A stretch of DNA of 64,000 nt from Amphiscolops sp. MND2022. Taxonomy: Eukaryota. Made by a program: the position numbers and the translations under genes. Each line of letters begins with the position of its first letter. The stretch's first letter is position 1. The stretch spans positions 55,616,001 to 55,680,000 of the forward strand of contig OZ076409.1 in the NCBI GenBank assembly GCA_964187785.1, given 5' to 3'. Shown here in pieces: positions 1 through 11,732 of this stretch. Under the pieces are notes generated by a model. That model saw only the letters and a list, made by a program, of their open reading frames with translations. It made no database searches and was not told where the DNA came from.

Positions 1-2
1 TG

Positions 3-548
3 AAACCTCTCAGAATTGGACCATTCAAAATAATAAATAAAATTTCTGATATAACATATGAAATTGTTAATCAAGATGGTTACACGTCTCAAATTCATAG
101 AAATCATTTAGTTCTTTATTATTCAAAAGAACCAATCATTTTTCCTTTTTTACAACAGTATAATCCTCATTCAATTAACAACAATTATAATAACTCGGAT
201 CTAAATGACCCACTACAATCTTTTGACTTCTTATCCGACGAAGAACAATTAATTGAAGACGACCAGTTCACACATTCAAATTCTAATAAAGAAACGGATA
301 TACCATCCACAATTGATTTCCAACCAGAACCATTTAGTCAATATTTTTCATTTCCGTACCAACAAAATACACCAAAAACCAATTACAGTAAATCAGAAAG
401 TCAAACTGATATTCACGATTACGATAATTTTATTAATCCCCGAAGACACTCCTATAATAGAAATAATTTCCGCCCACAACCACGAAAAGACTATCGACTT
501 TTCCTCGGTGAAAAGGATATAATTTCACTTTCTCAAAAATCTTGCTGA
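3..548 (+). CDS. pol: C-terminus of gypsy Pol (integrase GPY/F module and tail), 5'-partial
   Basis: Frame 3 from base 3 reads KPLRIGPFKIINKISDITYEIVNQDGYTSQIHRNHLVLYY...RNNFRPQPRKDYR... to TGA at 546-548. The GPF...YEI...HRNHL pattern parallels GPYKVEKVLPNNNYIV...HRIRL in the Pol at 28179-33119. Confidence 0.8.
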   Translation, partial: KPLRIGPFKIINKISDITYEIVNQDGYTSQIHRNHLVLYYSKEPIIFPFLQQYNPHSINNNYNNSDLNDPLQSFDFLSDEEQLIEDDQFTHSNSNKETDIPSTIDFQPEPFSQYFSFPYQQNTPKTNYSKSESQTDIHDYDNFINPRRHSYNRNNFRPQPRKDYRLFLGEKDIISLSQKSC

Positions 549-917
549 AAGAAAGAAAGTTTTGATTTCGAAACCGATTGTTGAAAGAAAGAAAGTTTTG
601 AAACTGAACGTGAAAATCAATAAAAAACAATACAAAACAAAGCAAAATCTGAAATAAATAATATAAGATAAACACATTTCAAAATTGACCGAAATACACA
701 CTCTTCTTCATCTAGCTCAACATATTCACTCCAAACATTACCCGTATACACAGCATTTTTAAACTCAGATACTGACATACTGGATTCCTCGTCCTCAAAC
801 CCCAGCCCATCTGCTCCATATTCTCCTGATAGAGCACCAGCTACACCCACTAATACACCTATACTTCAAACTCAAACTTCAGTAAAAACAACTCAACCAC
901 AAGCAATTCCACAAAAT

Positions 918-2126
918 TTGTTATTTTTAGAAACAAGTTCACCAACAAGTGACTCTTGTGATGAATCAAATACAACACAAAATACTGTACAAGATACCTC
1001 AAGTATCCTAAATAGACCCCCTCTTCCTCCAATTCCTACCACCCGTACTGTTCATATCCCTGATCCAAGTTCTGTTGTTCAATATATTTCTTCTGGCCCA
1101 CATAAAAAACCAACAGCAACCAAAACACAAAGAAAAACTCCTTTACCTACACTGCCAAAAAATCTTACCTTACCATCAAGTCAAACTCCAATAACTACTA
1201 TACCAGAACATACAACTAAATCACCAATAAAGAAATTACCAGAACTCCCAAGTAAATCACCATCAGAACTAAGTTCATTCACAATTTCTCAATTATATCC
1301 AAGATTAGAACTACAACGTGTACAATCAACAACTACTTCTTTTCTAACAGACGTATATTGCAAAGATAAAGACTCTGATTCAACTGCCAGTACTAGAGTA
1401 CCACGACATAGTTACAACCTAAGATCTCAACCAAGACGAAATTCTCAAGAATTACAATCTTTAATTAGTTCTAGTACTAACTCTAGACAACTAGTTAGAC
1501 AACAAGCACAACCCAGATTAGATACTCCTTCTCTTTCCTCATCTCATCCTACAATACCATCTTCTTTATCACTACCATTTCAAGTCACATCAGGATTTGA
1601 AACAGCATATCTTCTTTCTGAAGATCCACAAACTATATCAGACAGTGCAGCTAACTATTCACAAACTTATTCACCTAGTTCAATACAATCTAACTCATCT
1701 ATACAGTTACCTGAATATTTCTTAGAAGATTATTCAAGACCTCCTACACCAAATCCACACGAATACCCTATCCGTGTTAATTCAAGAATTATTCGTAGTT
1801 TTAACGAAGACCCTCGATATACTGTACTACCTATTAGATTTATAAACAATAGCTCTCTTTCAAATCCAAGAAAACAAAGAGAATTGCAAAGATTACAAGA
1901 AGACCATATAATTTTAAAATTTGAAGTCGAAGTTACTTTCAACTCATTTAGACCTCATCCAATTTCGCTTTCAACAAGGGTAGCACATAAAACAACTCCC
2001 TCACCAGTTTTAGTCACATCTATATCCTATCTTTGTGACCCAGATTTACCAGAAACTAGAACAGGACATATAAACTTTTTGAATCCTCATTCAGGACTTA
2101 TAGAACAATATTTTAACGATAAATAA
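918..2126 (+). CDS. Ser/Thr/Pro-rich 402-aa accessory ORF between pol and env, function unknown
   Basis: Long open frame of low complexity; contains RHSYNLRSQPRR, which resembles the YNLR motif in gypsy Pol tails. True start uncertain. Confidence 0.55.
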   Translation: MLFLETSSPTSDSCDESNTTQNTVQDTSSILNRPPLPPIPTTRTVHIPDPSSVVQYISSGPHKKPTATKTQRKTPLPTLPKNLTLPSSQTPITTIPEHTTKSPIKKLPELPSKSPSELSSFTISQLYPRLELQRVQSTTTSFLTDVYCKDKDSDSTASTRVPRHSYNLRSQPRRNSQELQSLISSSTNSRQLVRQQAQPRLDTPSLSSSHPTIPSSLSLPFQVTSGFETAYLLSEDPQTISDSAANYSQTYSPSSIQSNSSIQLPEYFLEDYSRPPTPNPHEYPIRVNSRIIRSFNEDPRYTVLPIRFINNSSLSNPRKQRELQRLQEDHIILKFEVEVTFNSFRPHPISLSTRVAHKTTPSPVLVTSISYLCDPDLPETRTGHINFLNPHSGLIEQYFNDK

Positions 2127-2189
2127 TACACATTTTAATTTATACATTGTATACATATTACAAGCCGTTAAATACGCATACATAATACA

Positions 2190-4611
2190 CTTAGTTCATT
2201 CCTCCTATGTTCCTAAAGTTGATACAACCAATTCCGAAAATCACATCTCAGAACAAGGTCCAAATATTTTACCCTTAATGGTATCTCACTATGATTGTGC
2301 AAAACAAAATAACCTGAGACAATTTAGCTTACTAAATGTTGAACCATGTAAACAAGCACCCTCAGATATACAACACACAAAAACCCAAGCAACAGTCAAT
2401 GTTAGAGCAAAAGCCAAAAGAATTAAAGCCTTCAAATGCGAAGCATATATAAATACTGAAAAGGTGTGGTGTTCACAAACATTCACATCTAGTAGACGAT
2501 ATGATCGTTTACAATGGGGACAAAACACATTAGAACTACCAAAAACACTTGACCATATTCAATGCAAAAACATGATAAGATATTTAAACGCCACTGATAG
2601 TGAAGAATTAAACAACTACAATATACAAAATTCTTTCAAAATTTTTTACAAAATTATTAAAAATTATTTACAAAATTATTTACAAAATATTTAAAAAATT
2701 ATTTGACGATAGTAAGTATCAAAATAAAATTGAACGAGTTCAAAAACCATTTAGAGTAACACAATTAAACACTTGGCATTGGAACATTTATATTTGATGA
2801 AAATTATCCTGATTGGATAGTTAATTTTACGAAAAATTCATACTCAAGATGTAGAAGTGACCGAGAACATTTAATTACCCGACAAAGTTGGAAACTTAGA
2901 ATAGTTAATACTATAATAGACTACGATGATGAAAACAATCAATTGATTCATGATGGACATATATTACCATGTTACCATTCAGACGGATTTTGTAAACGAA
3001 CAACAAGGACTCCATATACATTAACATGGTTTGATGAAAAATTTTGCCTCATATTTCAAATACAAGAATTCATTGGAAGAATGACAAGAATTAAAGATCG
3101 ATAATGGATAGAAACAGATACCTTTATCGAAGCCTCAAATATCACACAAATTTTTCAAACTGAAGGAATACAAGGAACAAAATTTCCAAATTTTAAAACA
3201 CCGCAATCACCTGGAGACAATCCAAGCCTTTCCAGAATTGAAATATATCCAATTGCTCAAACGTTTTGTGGAAAACCAGATCCATCATACTCAACACAAT
3301 ATGAAGACATCTTTGTTACATACTTAGATGGTTTTGATATGAACACTGGACAACCAAGAACACACACAATGATAGATCAAAGAATTAGTGGACAGATACA
3401 ATACGACAATACAAAAAAATATATATACTCCCTGCACTAAATATATCGAACAACTTCGCCACTCTAGACTATGATGCTCACATTAATACAAAAATTGACT
3501 TCACCATAAATCATGTATTTAAATCCATGTCAGTACAAGAATTAAACACACGTCATACAGTATGTGAACTAGAAAGAACTCAATTGTTAACAATCTTAGC
3601 TATGTCAGTTAAGAATCCTCAATTAGCCGGTTTTCTTTTAACTGGAAATCGTAGTAATTTCCTCTACGTTGAAGGATCTACAGCATGGCTGTATGATTGC
3701 CCTCATTTTAAATCACCACTATACAAGACAGATAAATGCTTTGATAGAATTCCCATACACTATAGAGAAACTATAATGTATGTTGATCCTATAACAAGAC
3801 AAACTTTTTACTATGCAACACCAATTGAATGTGGAAATAACCCACAAAATATAATCGAATTAGACCCTGATTCAGATGACGAAGATTTTCATGTGTTTAC
3901 ACCAGAACCACTTAAAAGGGAAGCACCACAGATGTTTAAACCTACTCAAATTAAAACAACAATAACACCCAATACTTTTACCGCCAAAGACGCTGGTATA
4001 TATTCAAATGCAGAATTAGATCAATTCTGGAATAGAGTATTATTCGCAAAACACTCAGACACCACTCTCCAATTACTTGGAAAATCATTAAGTTATGATT
4101 TCATTACTGTACATAATGAACGTCACTCCCATTCAGGACCCAATCCGTATAATCATTTAAGAATTGGAATACAAGATCACTTATTGAACCTTTTACCACT
4201 TTTTAACCCTGACTGGTTTAGTCAAGCTTTCATTAACTTCTTTGGATATCCATGTTATGTTTTAACACAATGTGGAATTTATTTTTCAACATTTCTTTTC
4301 ATCAGAGAAGTTTTACCATTTTTACTTAATTTTTAGAGAACAATTAGTATAAAATACAATCTCCAAAGTAACATTTCTATTTTGAGTTCAATGGCTCATG
4401 GTTTTTTTATATAGTTACATCGGAAATGGTAACTGATTTAAACAATACAGGAAAGCGAAAACGGATATATACTAAACACAAAATTACCACTAGCGAAAAT
4501 GACAATATCCTATTGCCGGAAAAAGGAACACAAAATAAAATGAGAAGATACTCTGATAGCGACTCCCTTTATTTGCCGCCCAAATATACAAGTAAAAATT
4601 CAACGCTTTAA
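2190..4611 (+). pseudogene. env: Frameshifted env-like glycoprotein resembling chuvirus G / class III fusogens
   Basis: Consecutive fragments: HYDC..EPC..AFKC..WC (2278-2694); LPCYHSDGFC..LTWFDEKFC..FCGKPDPSYSTQYEDIFV (~2960-3320); CELERTQLLTILAM..NPQLAGFLLTG..VEGSTAWLYDC..KCFDRIPI..YVDPITR (3527-4336); then a C-terminal hydrophobic TM-like stretch. Broken by an AAAATTATTTAC tandem expansion (~2630-2700), an in-frame stop and indels. Confidence 0.7.
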
Positions 4612-5190
4612 TCACCAAAAAAGACACACCCAAACAATGATTCTGATACTAATTCACAGGACTATGACCCCATAGTACAAAATGTAATAGCTTTACCGGA
4701 AAGCCCCGCTAAAGTCTTTATAAAATTTAATCCCACCTAACCGAAAAGCAATAACAAAATAAAACAAATTAAGTAAAAAAAAATCAAAAAATTAAAAACA
4801 ATTTCCCCACCGATTTTACTTTCATTCAAACTCAAATTCTCATTTGGACAAGTTGCCAACTTCAACTCAACACAGGTTGCCCACATCAATTTAACCAAAA
4901 GAACTTAGAAATTCTTCTTCTTGCCTACTTCAACTCAGCCGAACAATCTTCAACTGGGCCCTCAGTCCCTGTAAACAGACTGAAATCACAGAAGTTTCTA
5001 TTCCGGGAATAGAGACCACTGTGATTGTTGATGATTTTAACCCTCAACTAACTCAAAGTATTTCAATACTGTAAGTACAAATTAAACCTTATTTTCAATA
5101 ATGGATCAAAAGTACTTAGCAATAATATTAATCTTTGTTAAAAGGTATAATTACTATTTTAGCGCTACAAAATACACGCAAATTTAAATA

Positions 5191-6482
5191 ATGGAATCCT
5201 TGCCCGATGTTGATGTAGTTAATTCTAGCCCTTCTGAATTGCTTGCATCCCCTCTAAACACAACTATTCAACAAAATGTTAACGAAGATAATAATTCATC
5301 TTCAAATTCTCAAGATAACATGGAAGTTAATCCAGTTGATCAAATTGATTATATAAACCCAAGAACTCAAAAACGAAAATACCCAGATATAACTGCTGAC
5401 AAACCTTTTATGGAATCTGGCGCTTGCCCTCCTTTCAAAAAAAATGAAACAAGAAGAAGATAGAGACTGTGAATTAACTTCTATTTTATCATCAAAACAA
5501 TTTCCATTTCAATCTCATTTAATCTCATTATACAAGATACCAACAAAATACAAATTCATTATCAGAGAATTCAAAAATGATTATCATACTTCAACTGCTT
5601 CAAAACTAATCACCCCCTATGACTGGTGGTTAAGCAACAAAGTGAAAATTTTCTCAATCCAATACGATTTTCTCAGACCATCTCTATACGACCTCAGAGC
5701 TGAAGAAAATGATGCAAATTTCTTACCATATCAAATATAGAAATCTCATGATGTCTCTTACCAAAAGGTTTTTCAATACAAAGAACCTGAAAATTACTTG
5801 TTCTTCAATCCGAAATACCCATCACCCTTCACTTTAAACTCAGAATATCTGATAGTTCATACTAAAACAAAAGGAAAACTCCGAAATTACGATCCTTAAA
5901 AACAAAGTTTCCTTTTCCTTCCAAAAGATAACCCGAAAAGACCAATTATTGTTCCACAAGAATACCTCATTTTAAACGACGATTCGCTACTACGGGAAGA
6001 TATACCTCAAAATATATCAGATCCTCTTCCTCCACTTCAATACATAGCCTCTCAACCCCTTGGAGACAGCGAAAAATCTTATTACTACGCTATGACCAAA
6101 AAGGAATATTCATACAATGAATTAATATTCATTATTTCTCATCTGCTTTCACTTCTTATAAAAGGAAATAATAAAGAACACAAAAAGACAAAACACGACT
6201 CTCCAAAAAAAAACAAAAATGGACATTCCTCAATCACAAATTTTTCTCCCAACTGAAGAATTACAAAAATACAAAGAAAAATTGGATGTCATAAAACCGT
6301 ATCATCATTCAAAAAGAGATATTATTGTCACTACTGCCGAAATCGTAAACACCCTCGAACAAGCTCGAAATTTAATACAAAATATCGTATTTGATACGAC
6401 GAGAGTGAGCCAATCAGCATCATGTATACGCACATCTTTAGATGAACTCAACTACATATTTGAAAAAATGCAAAGATCTTAA
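5191..6482 (+). pseudogene. Broken accessory ORF(s) downstream of env (5191-5463, 5444-5740, 6219-6482)
   Basis: Adjacent same-strand ORF pieces switch frame at A-runs (e.g. ~5437-5444) and share the element's codon bias. No recognisable domain. Confidence 0.4.
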
Positions 6483-8533
6483 CTGGTATTTATGGGATAA
6501 TAGCATTATAATTGTTAACATTTATCACTTAATCTCTTAACAACCTGTCAAAATGAATTGAGTCTACCCGCATTAGCTTGCTATGCATGACAGTACTCTA
6601 TAATAAATAATAAAATACACTCCATACTGAAATAATAAAATTGTTTTCAATAGCGACATAAAAATTTTTTAACAAAATTCCTCGAATGCCCCTCCTTTTT
6701 TTAGTGGACCGATTTTAACCAATAAGATCTTTAATGAAAGATAAGTAAATAACCTACAAAAGACTTCCAAAATACACCAACTTAATCCTTAAAATTAAAA
6801 AGATGTAACACATTAAATTACATCAGAAAAATGTCAACTATAAAAATCCATTTTTAAATGAAATTCAATGTGAACAAACCAATCTATTTTGGGTGAAATT
6901 CGCCGAAACCTCTTCTTCTACATTTCTTCCTCATCTCAAGACATTAATCCACTGGCTCTGCGCGACAATTCTTTAATTATTCAGTCAATTCCTTCAAATT
7001 CTTCTAAAAATGACATCACTGGATTCAATTATAGAAGAATCTCCAATTGCCCCTCTGCTTTCAGTTTCTTCAACTCGACTCCGATCAGTCATCCTGAAAA
7101 AACATTTACCAACATTCTATACACAACTTACAAAAGAAAAAAGAGCTGACCCTCACTTAACCAGATTAATTCTTTAATTAATTTAAACTAAATATGTTTC
7201 AAATCTTCCAAGTAACGGAGATCAATTTTGACAAATACCTCAAACTTCACAAACATCCGGATACATATATAATCCAATGCGACACTACCACACAAACTAA
7301 ATGTACTATCATACGTCCAAAGCCTTTTTCGAGAACTTTATCCAATAGATCTCGTACAGAACTCGAAAAACAAAATACATCATATTGGCCCTCCGATGAA
7401 TGTGACACAACTGACGAAGAACTTCAAAAAGACCCCCCTGAAGCTTTTGTCGACAACAATTCTGTGTACAAATCATATACGTACGTTTCCTTTTGATGGA
7501 AATCTTCAACCAATTCAATCAGTCAATATCCCAGATGACATCATTCCACAATAACAGCGACATCGCCCATATGAACAGATTGCAGTGACGACTTCAAAAA
7601 GATCATCCTCCATCCAGCTGACCCACCATCGACTCAAGCCACCCAAGATGATCCAATCAATCAACAGATGATATGCAGATAAGATGAATCACAATAAATA
7701 ATCGACAGCAGAAAAACAAAAGAACATTGTACTTGATTATGAGTAAAACTTTAGAAGCACTTAACTGAAATATACTGCAATAAAATTTATCTTAAAATAT
7801 ACATTAATAATTCCCACCCATATTAATATGCCCTCATATTACTCTCATCTTGTGCCCATACCGATATTTATTTGCAAATTTTTAATGAATATTTCATTAA
7901 TATTATTATTTTTCAGTGCAGTTCAGTCCTAATAATTCAACATGTTAACAAAATTCTTTTCAAAATTTCAACAAAAATGAGTTCAAAAATTAGATCAAGC
8001 ACACTGTTCAATCTCAATTCGAATAATGAGAAACCCAATTTCTCAAAGATTTCAACATTTCTGACATAATAAACCCGCCAAAGTTGAAAACAACCTGAAA
8101 TCTTTTCAGACAGTTTTCAAACAAAAATTTCAACAACATATTTCACAAGAACTCTTTGACTTTTAACTCATATGATGAAAGCTCAAGATTTGTCCAATGC
8201 GAAGCTTTTTAGCAACTTCAACAAAGGCATAGAACCGAGCCACTACCAGTTCAAAAACAAGCCTGATGAAAGCATAGTGAAATAGACCACTTTGACGCTT
8301 TTGAACTACAGTCGCACTTATGAGATGTCAATCAAAATTTTGATAGACAATTCGAGGTATACCACTGAGTCGAACTTACACCAACTCTAAAGAGACTGAT
8401 GCCAATCATCCATCAAATGAAAAAATGTTAACTAGCGTTTCAGCTTGCTAAAAAAACAACAAAATTTTTTTCTACCCTATCTTATTCATGTGAAATAATG
8501 TAAAATTTTAATTTATTTAAAAACCGGGATGGA

Positions 8534-8730
8534 TGTACTGACCTACATTAATAACCAATAGTATTTAGATGTTTGTAGAATGTTCTAGAATGTACATTTA
8601 TTTAATATTGAATGACTGTAAAACTCTACTCCTTCAGAGAGAGAAAACTAATAATCAGTATTTGGTCGACTTCCTTTTTGTTCTACTTCTACCATCTCAT
8701 AGCTAGCTAGCCAGACCTCGAAGCAGCCTT
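8534..8730 (+). repeat. Probable start of the 3' LTR of the env-bearing element; 3' end not defined
   Basis: TGTA directly after a purine-rich tract. The partner LTR is not in the window. Confidence 0.45.
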
Positions 8731-10081
8731 TCTTAGTAAGCCTTTAAGTAGCCACCACCACCTTTCAATAAAATAAAAGGCATACCACCCAACAAGTATT
8801 TAAGGCAGCACAGAAATAAGCTGTGACTAGCCGAAAACTGAATTTTAAATTGCATCAGCGCCACGTCAAAATTAAGGCTAGAATCTGAAAATGCAATGTT
8901 CGCGACGTGTTGCGTCAAATACTTTAAATAGGATGATCTACATTTTTTGTCATGATTGAAATAAGGAAGTCGCAGCTTTCGTTCAGTCTGTGAAATTCAA
9001 ATTTTTCTTGAACATAAACGTCTTGATAATCTCTCTTGTTATAAACCAGTTTTGTAATCTCTATACCGAGTGTTATGAGTGCTAAAATAACTGTTTAGTA
9101 CATATCAAATCAAAACCTGTCCTAAATTACTTATTGCAGGACGTAGTCAATTTGTCACACAATCGAAAAAAAACTCGTCAAACGTGATTTAAAGAAAACA
9201 CTGCTGGAGTATTATCGTTTTTCTGCCCAAAACGCTTGATATGTTGAGAAGTGCAACTTTTTCTATTTAATGATGTCACAGTAATTATGGTTTATGTTGT
9301 CCCGATAAACTGTTGATTTTACTTGGTGTTTGACGTTGTCACTTCGCCCACTGTTAATGCTTACAAATGTTGCCTTTATTTTACACTGTTTTAACAAAGT
9401 TAATTGTCAGTTGCTGAAAACCTAATTAAATAATCCCATGTGAGGTATACCACGTTTCCCTTACCTAGCATTATGGAAAATATCCGTCTAAAGTTTATCC
9501 TTATTTTTTCTATATGAATATCAGAATTTTAAAGAATAATTGTTGACGCAAGCACCATCTCTGCGTCATTTTCCCCGTCACTTTAGGTAAGTAGCAAACA
9601 GGAAGTCTCAGTAAAAATCTGGTGAGCATAATAATAACAACCTAACTATGCGGATAATATAAAATCTGACAAAATGTCGACGTAGATTGAATTTCTAAAG
9701 GAATTTCACGGCGAAATTACCAAGGTGGCTGTCAACTCGGTACGATGCCCAAGTAAAAGACATTTACGATGCGCAAGTATGAACAGCTGATGCTAGGAAG
9801 GTATATTCAATTCGAAACTTGTAAATTGATTAATTCAACCTGTTTTTGGTTTCGTTGCCTTTTCTAACTGGATTCTAGTTTCTGAAATTGCGAAGCTCAA
9901 GTTTTTAAACTCCGAAGAAGCAAATTAAAAAAATATGAATTGAAACTTCAAAAATACAATCTCTGCAACACAGATGTGTTCCAAACGCCAAAAGAGGAAA
10001 GCTACTCAAATTCGAGGAGATCCACTAATGCAAGTTATACTCAAACCCAAGTATTATTTTCATTTTTTCCTTTTTTCGAAG

Positions 10082-10342
10082 ACATTGACGAATGTAAACG
10101 GGTTCTGTGCAACACAGTTGGGGAAAGGTGTTTGAATTCTATTGGATCTTTTGGGTGTGAGTGTATCGAAGGCTATTCCCGGAATCCAGATAACACATGT
10201 ACAAATATCAACGAGTGTGAATTGGAGGACGTTTGTTTGGGAGATCATGAGACGTGTGAAGATTTTGATGGGGGATATTCATGCGAATGTGAACCGGGCT
10301 ATCAAAACACGATTGCCGGTGGCGAGTCTGAAGCGTGTTACG
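10082..10342 (+). CDS. Host gene exon with two calcium-binding EGF domains (fibrillin/LTBP-like)
   Basis: Acceptor ttttttcgaag at 10081 and donor GTGAGT at 10343, phase 1-1, 261 nt. Reads DIDECK..CLNSIGSFGCEC..NINECE..CEDFDGGYSCEC (cbEGF consensus). Confidence 0.9.
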
Positions 10343-11732
10343 GTGAGTTCCATAAACCTTTGAACACTATGTTTAATCATCATATCGATAGATACCGCCT
10401 TTTTTGTTTTAATTTTTGCAGGCTTGACCTCTTTCTCCGTGGAAGTTACATTCATTTCTCAAGTGTTCTCAATTAACGTATTGTTTGACGCTGTGAACTG
10501 ACAGAAGGATGTTAGAAAAGTAAACAGCAGTTTCACTCCGAATCCTAATTTGGAATTTCTCTATGCTTAGCAAGTAAAATTCTCATGAATCAGATTTTAT
10601 GTACCACGCAGCACTCAGATCTCAATGACTGGCAGCGGGTCTGGAAAAAACCGAGTCAAACATTAAACAAGCCGGGAACGGCCCAAGTCGGCGCCATATC
10701 TAAGGCTCAAAAAGACTCGAAAACCACTTTTTCTACAACTGGAGACAACAAAAGCTCTCAAAAAACTAAAAAATGAGAAAAAAAATTTCCGATTTTTTTG
10801 AATTTTTTTTCGAAGTTTCCGGTAAGTCGCATAGTGCCGAAAAATGTAAAAGGGGGACGCTTTTTATCTCATGTTAGACGCTTTGGATGCGTTGAAAATG
10901 AAGTACTAAGTACATATGGTAAAAATTGGTAAATGTGCATTAATTGTCTTAATGCACAAAAAGTGGACGTTCGCGTTGAACTGTCGAAAAAAAAACTAGC
11001 CACTGTAAGAGTCGGGATTTTCTTCGAAAACGCCGACTAATAAAAAACAGGGCACCTCGTGAAAAGATCATCTCGATTGTGTTCGACGTGTGTTTTTTCA
11101 GAATACATTGCACTCAACAAAAACGTTCTAAATGTTCAGAAAGAGCACTTTTTGACTGGTTTAGACATGTTTCAATTTGACAGATCCGATCAAGGCAGGA
11201 GTGGGGTAGCGGCTTTGAATTCTTCTTTCCCACGTGGCTGTGAAATTTCAAAGCATTCAAATGAGTGTTTTTTTCGAACATCTGAAAATTTTTGAACGTC
11301 TCAAAAATACTTGGAAAACACTAAAAATCCTTTTTTCTTCAGTTTTGTTAAACAAAAACAAATGAGGCAGCCATCGAGGAAAATGTTTGTATTCCGTCAA
11401 GAAATTAGACCTTAGTTGTATCCCCGTCCATACGTTCTATCCTAGGGTTTTCACGAGATATGTGTTTTATCAGAATACTACTAGTGTCGTTGAGTTTTTT
11501 GGCTTTTGCCAAATTTGAGCCCACTGTCCGAGTGCGGAAACAGAAAAAAAAACAGACGATGCAAATGAAATAATACCATTTTTATACAGATGGCTTTTCG
11601 CATTTTTCGATTTTAAAACCTGAATGAAACTTGGTCAAGAGCGGAATTCAAACCCACGTTTTTCGACTTAAGGAGCGAATGTTAAGGTCATCGAGTGTCA
11701 ACATTGAGACTTTCCAATGGCCGCATTTCGAC

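Larger units (their letters stand above)
1..8730 (+). mobile_element. 3' half of a degenerate env-bearing Ty3/gypsy LTR retrotransposon; 5' part lies outside the window and the right end is approximate
   Basis: Integrase GPF tail at the window start, followed by an S/T/P-rich ORF, a frameshifted glycoprotein, broken accessory ORFs, then purine-rich AAAAACCGGGATGGA followed by TGTA at 8534 (PPT/LTR start). Strong A/C-rich, G-poor strand bias throughout. Confidence 0.75.
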
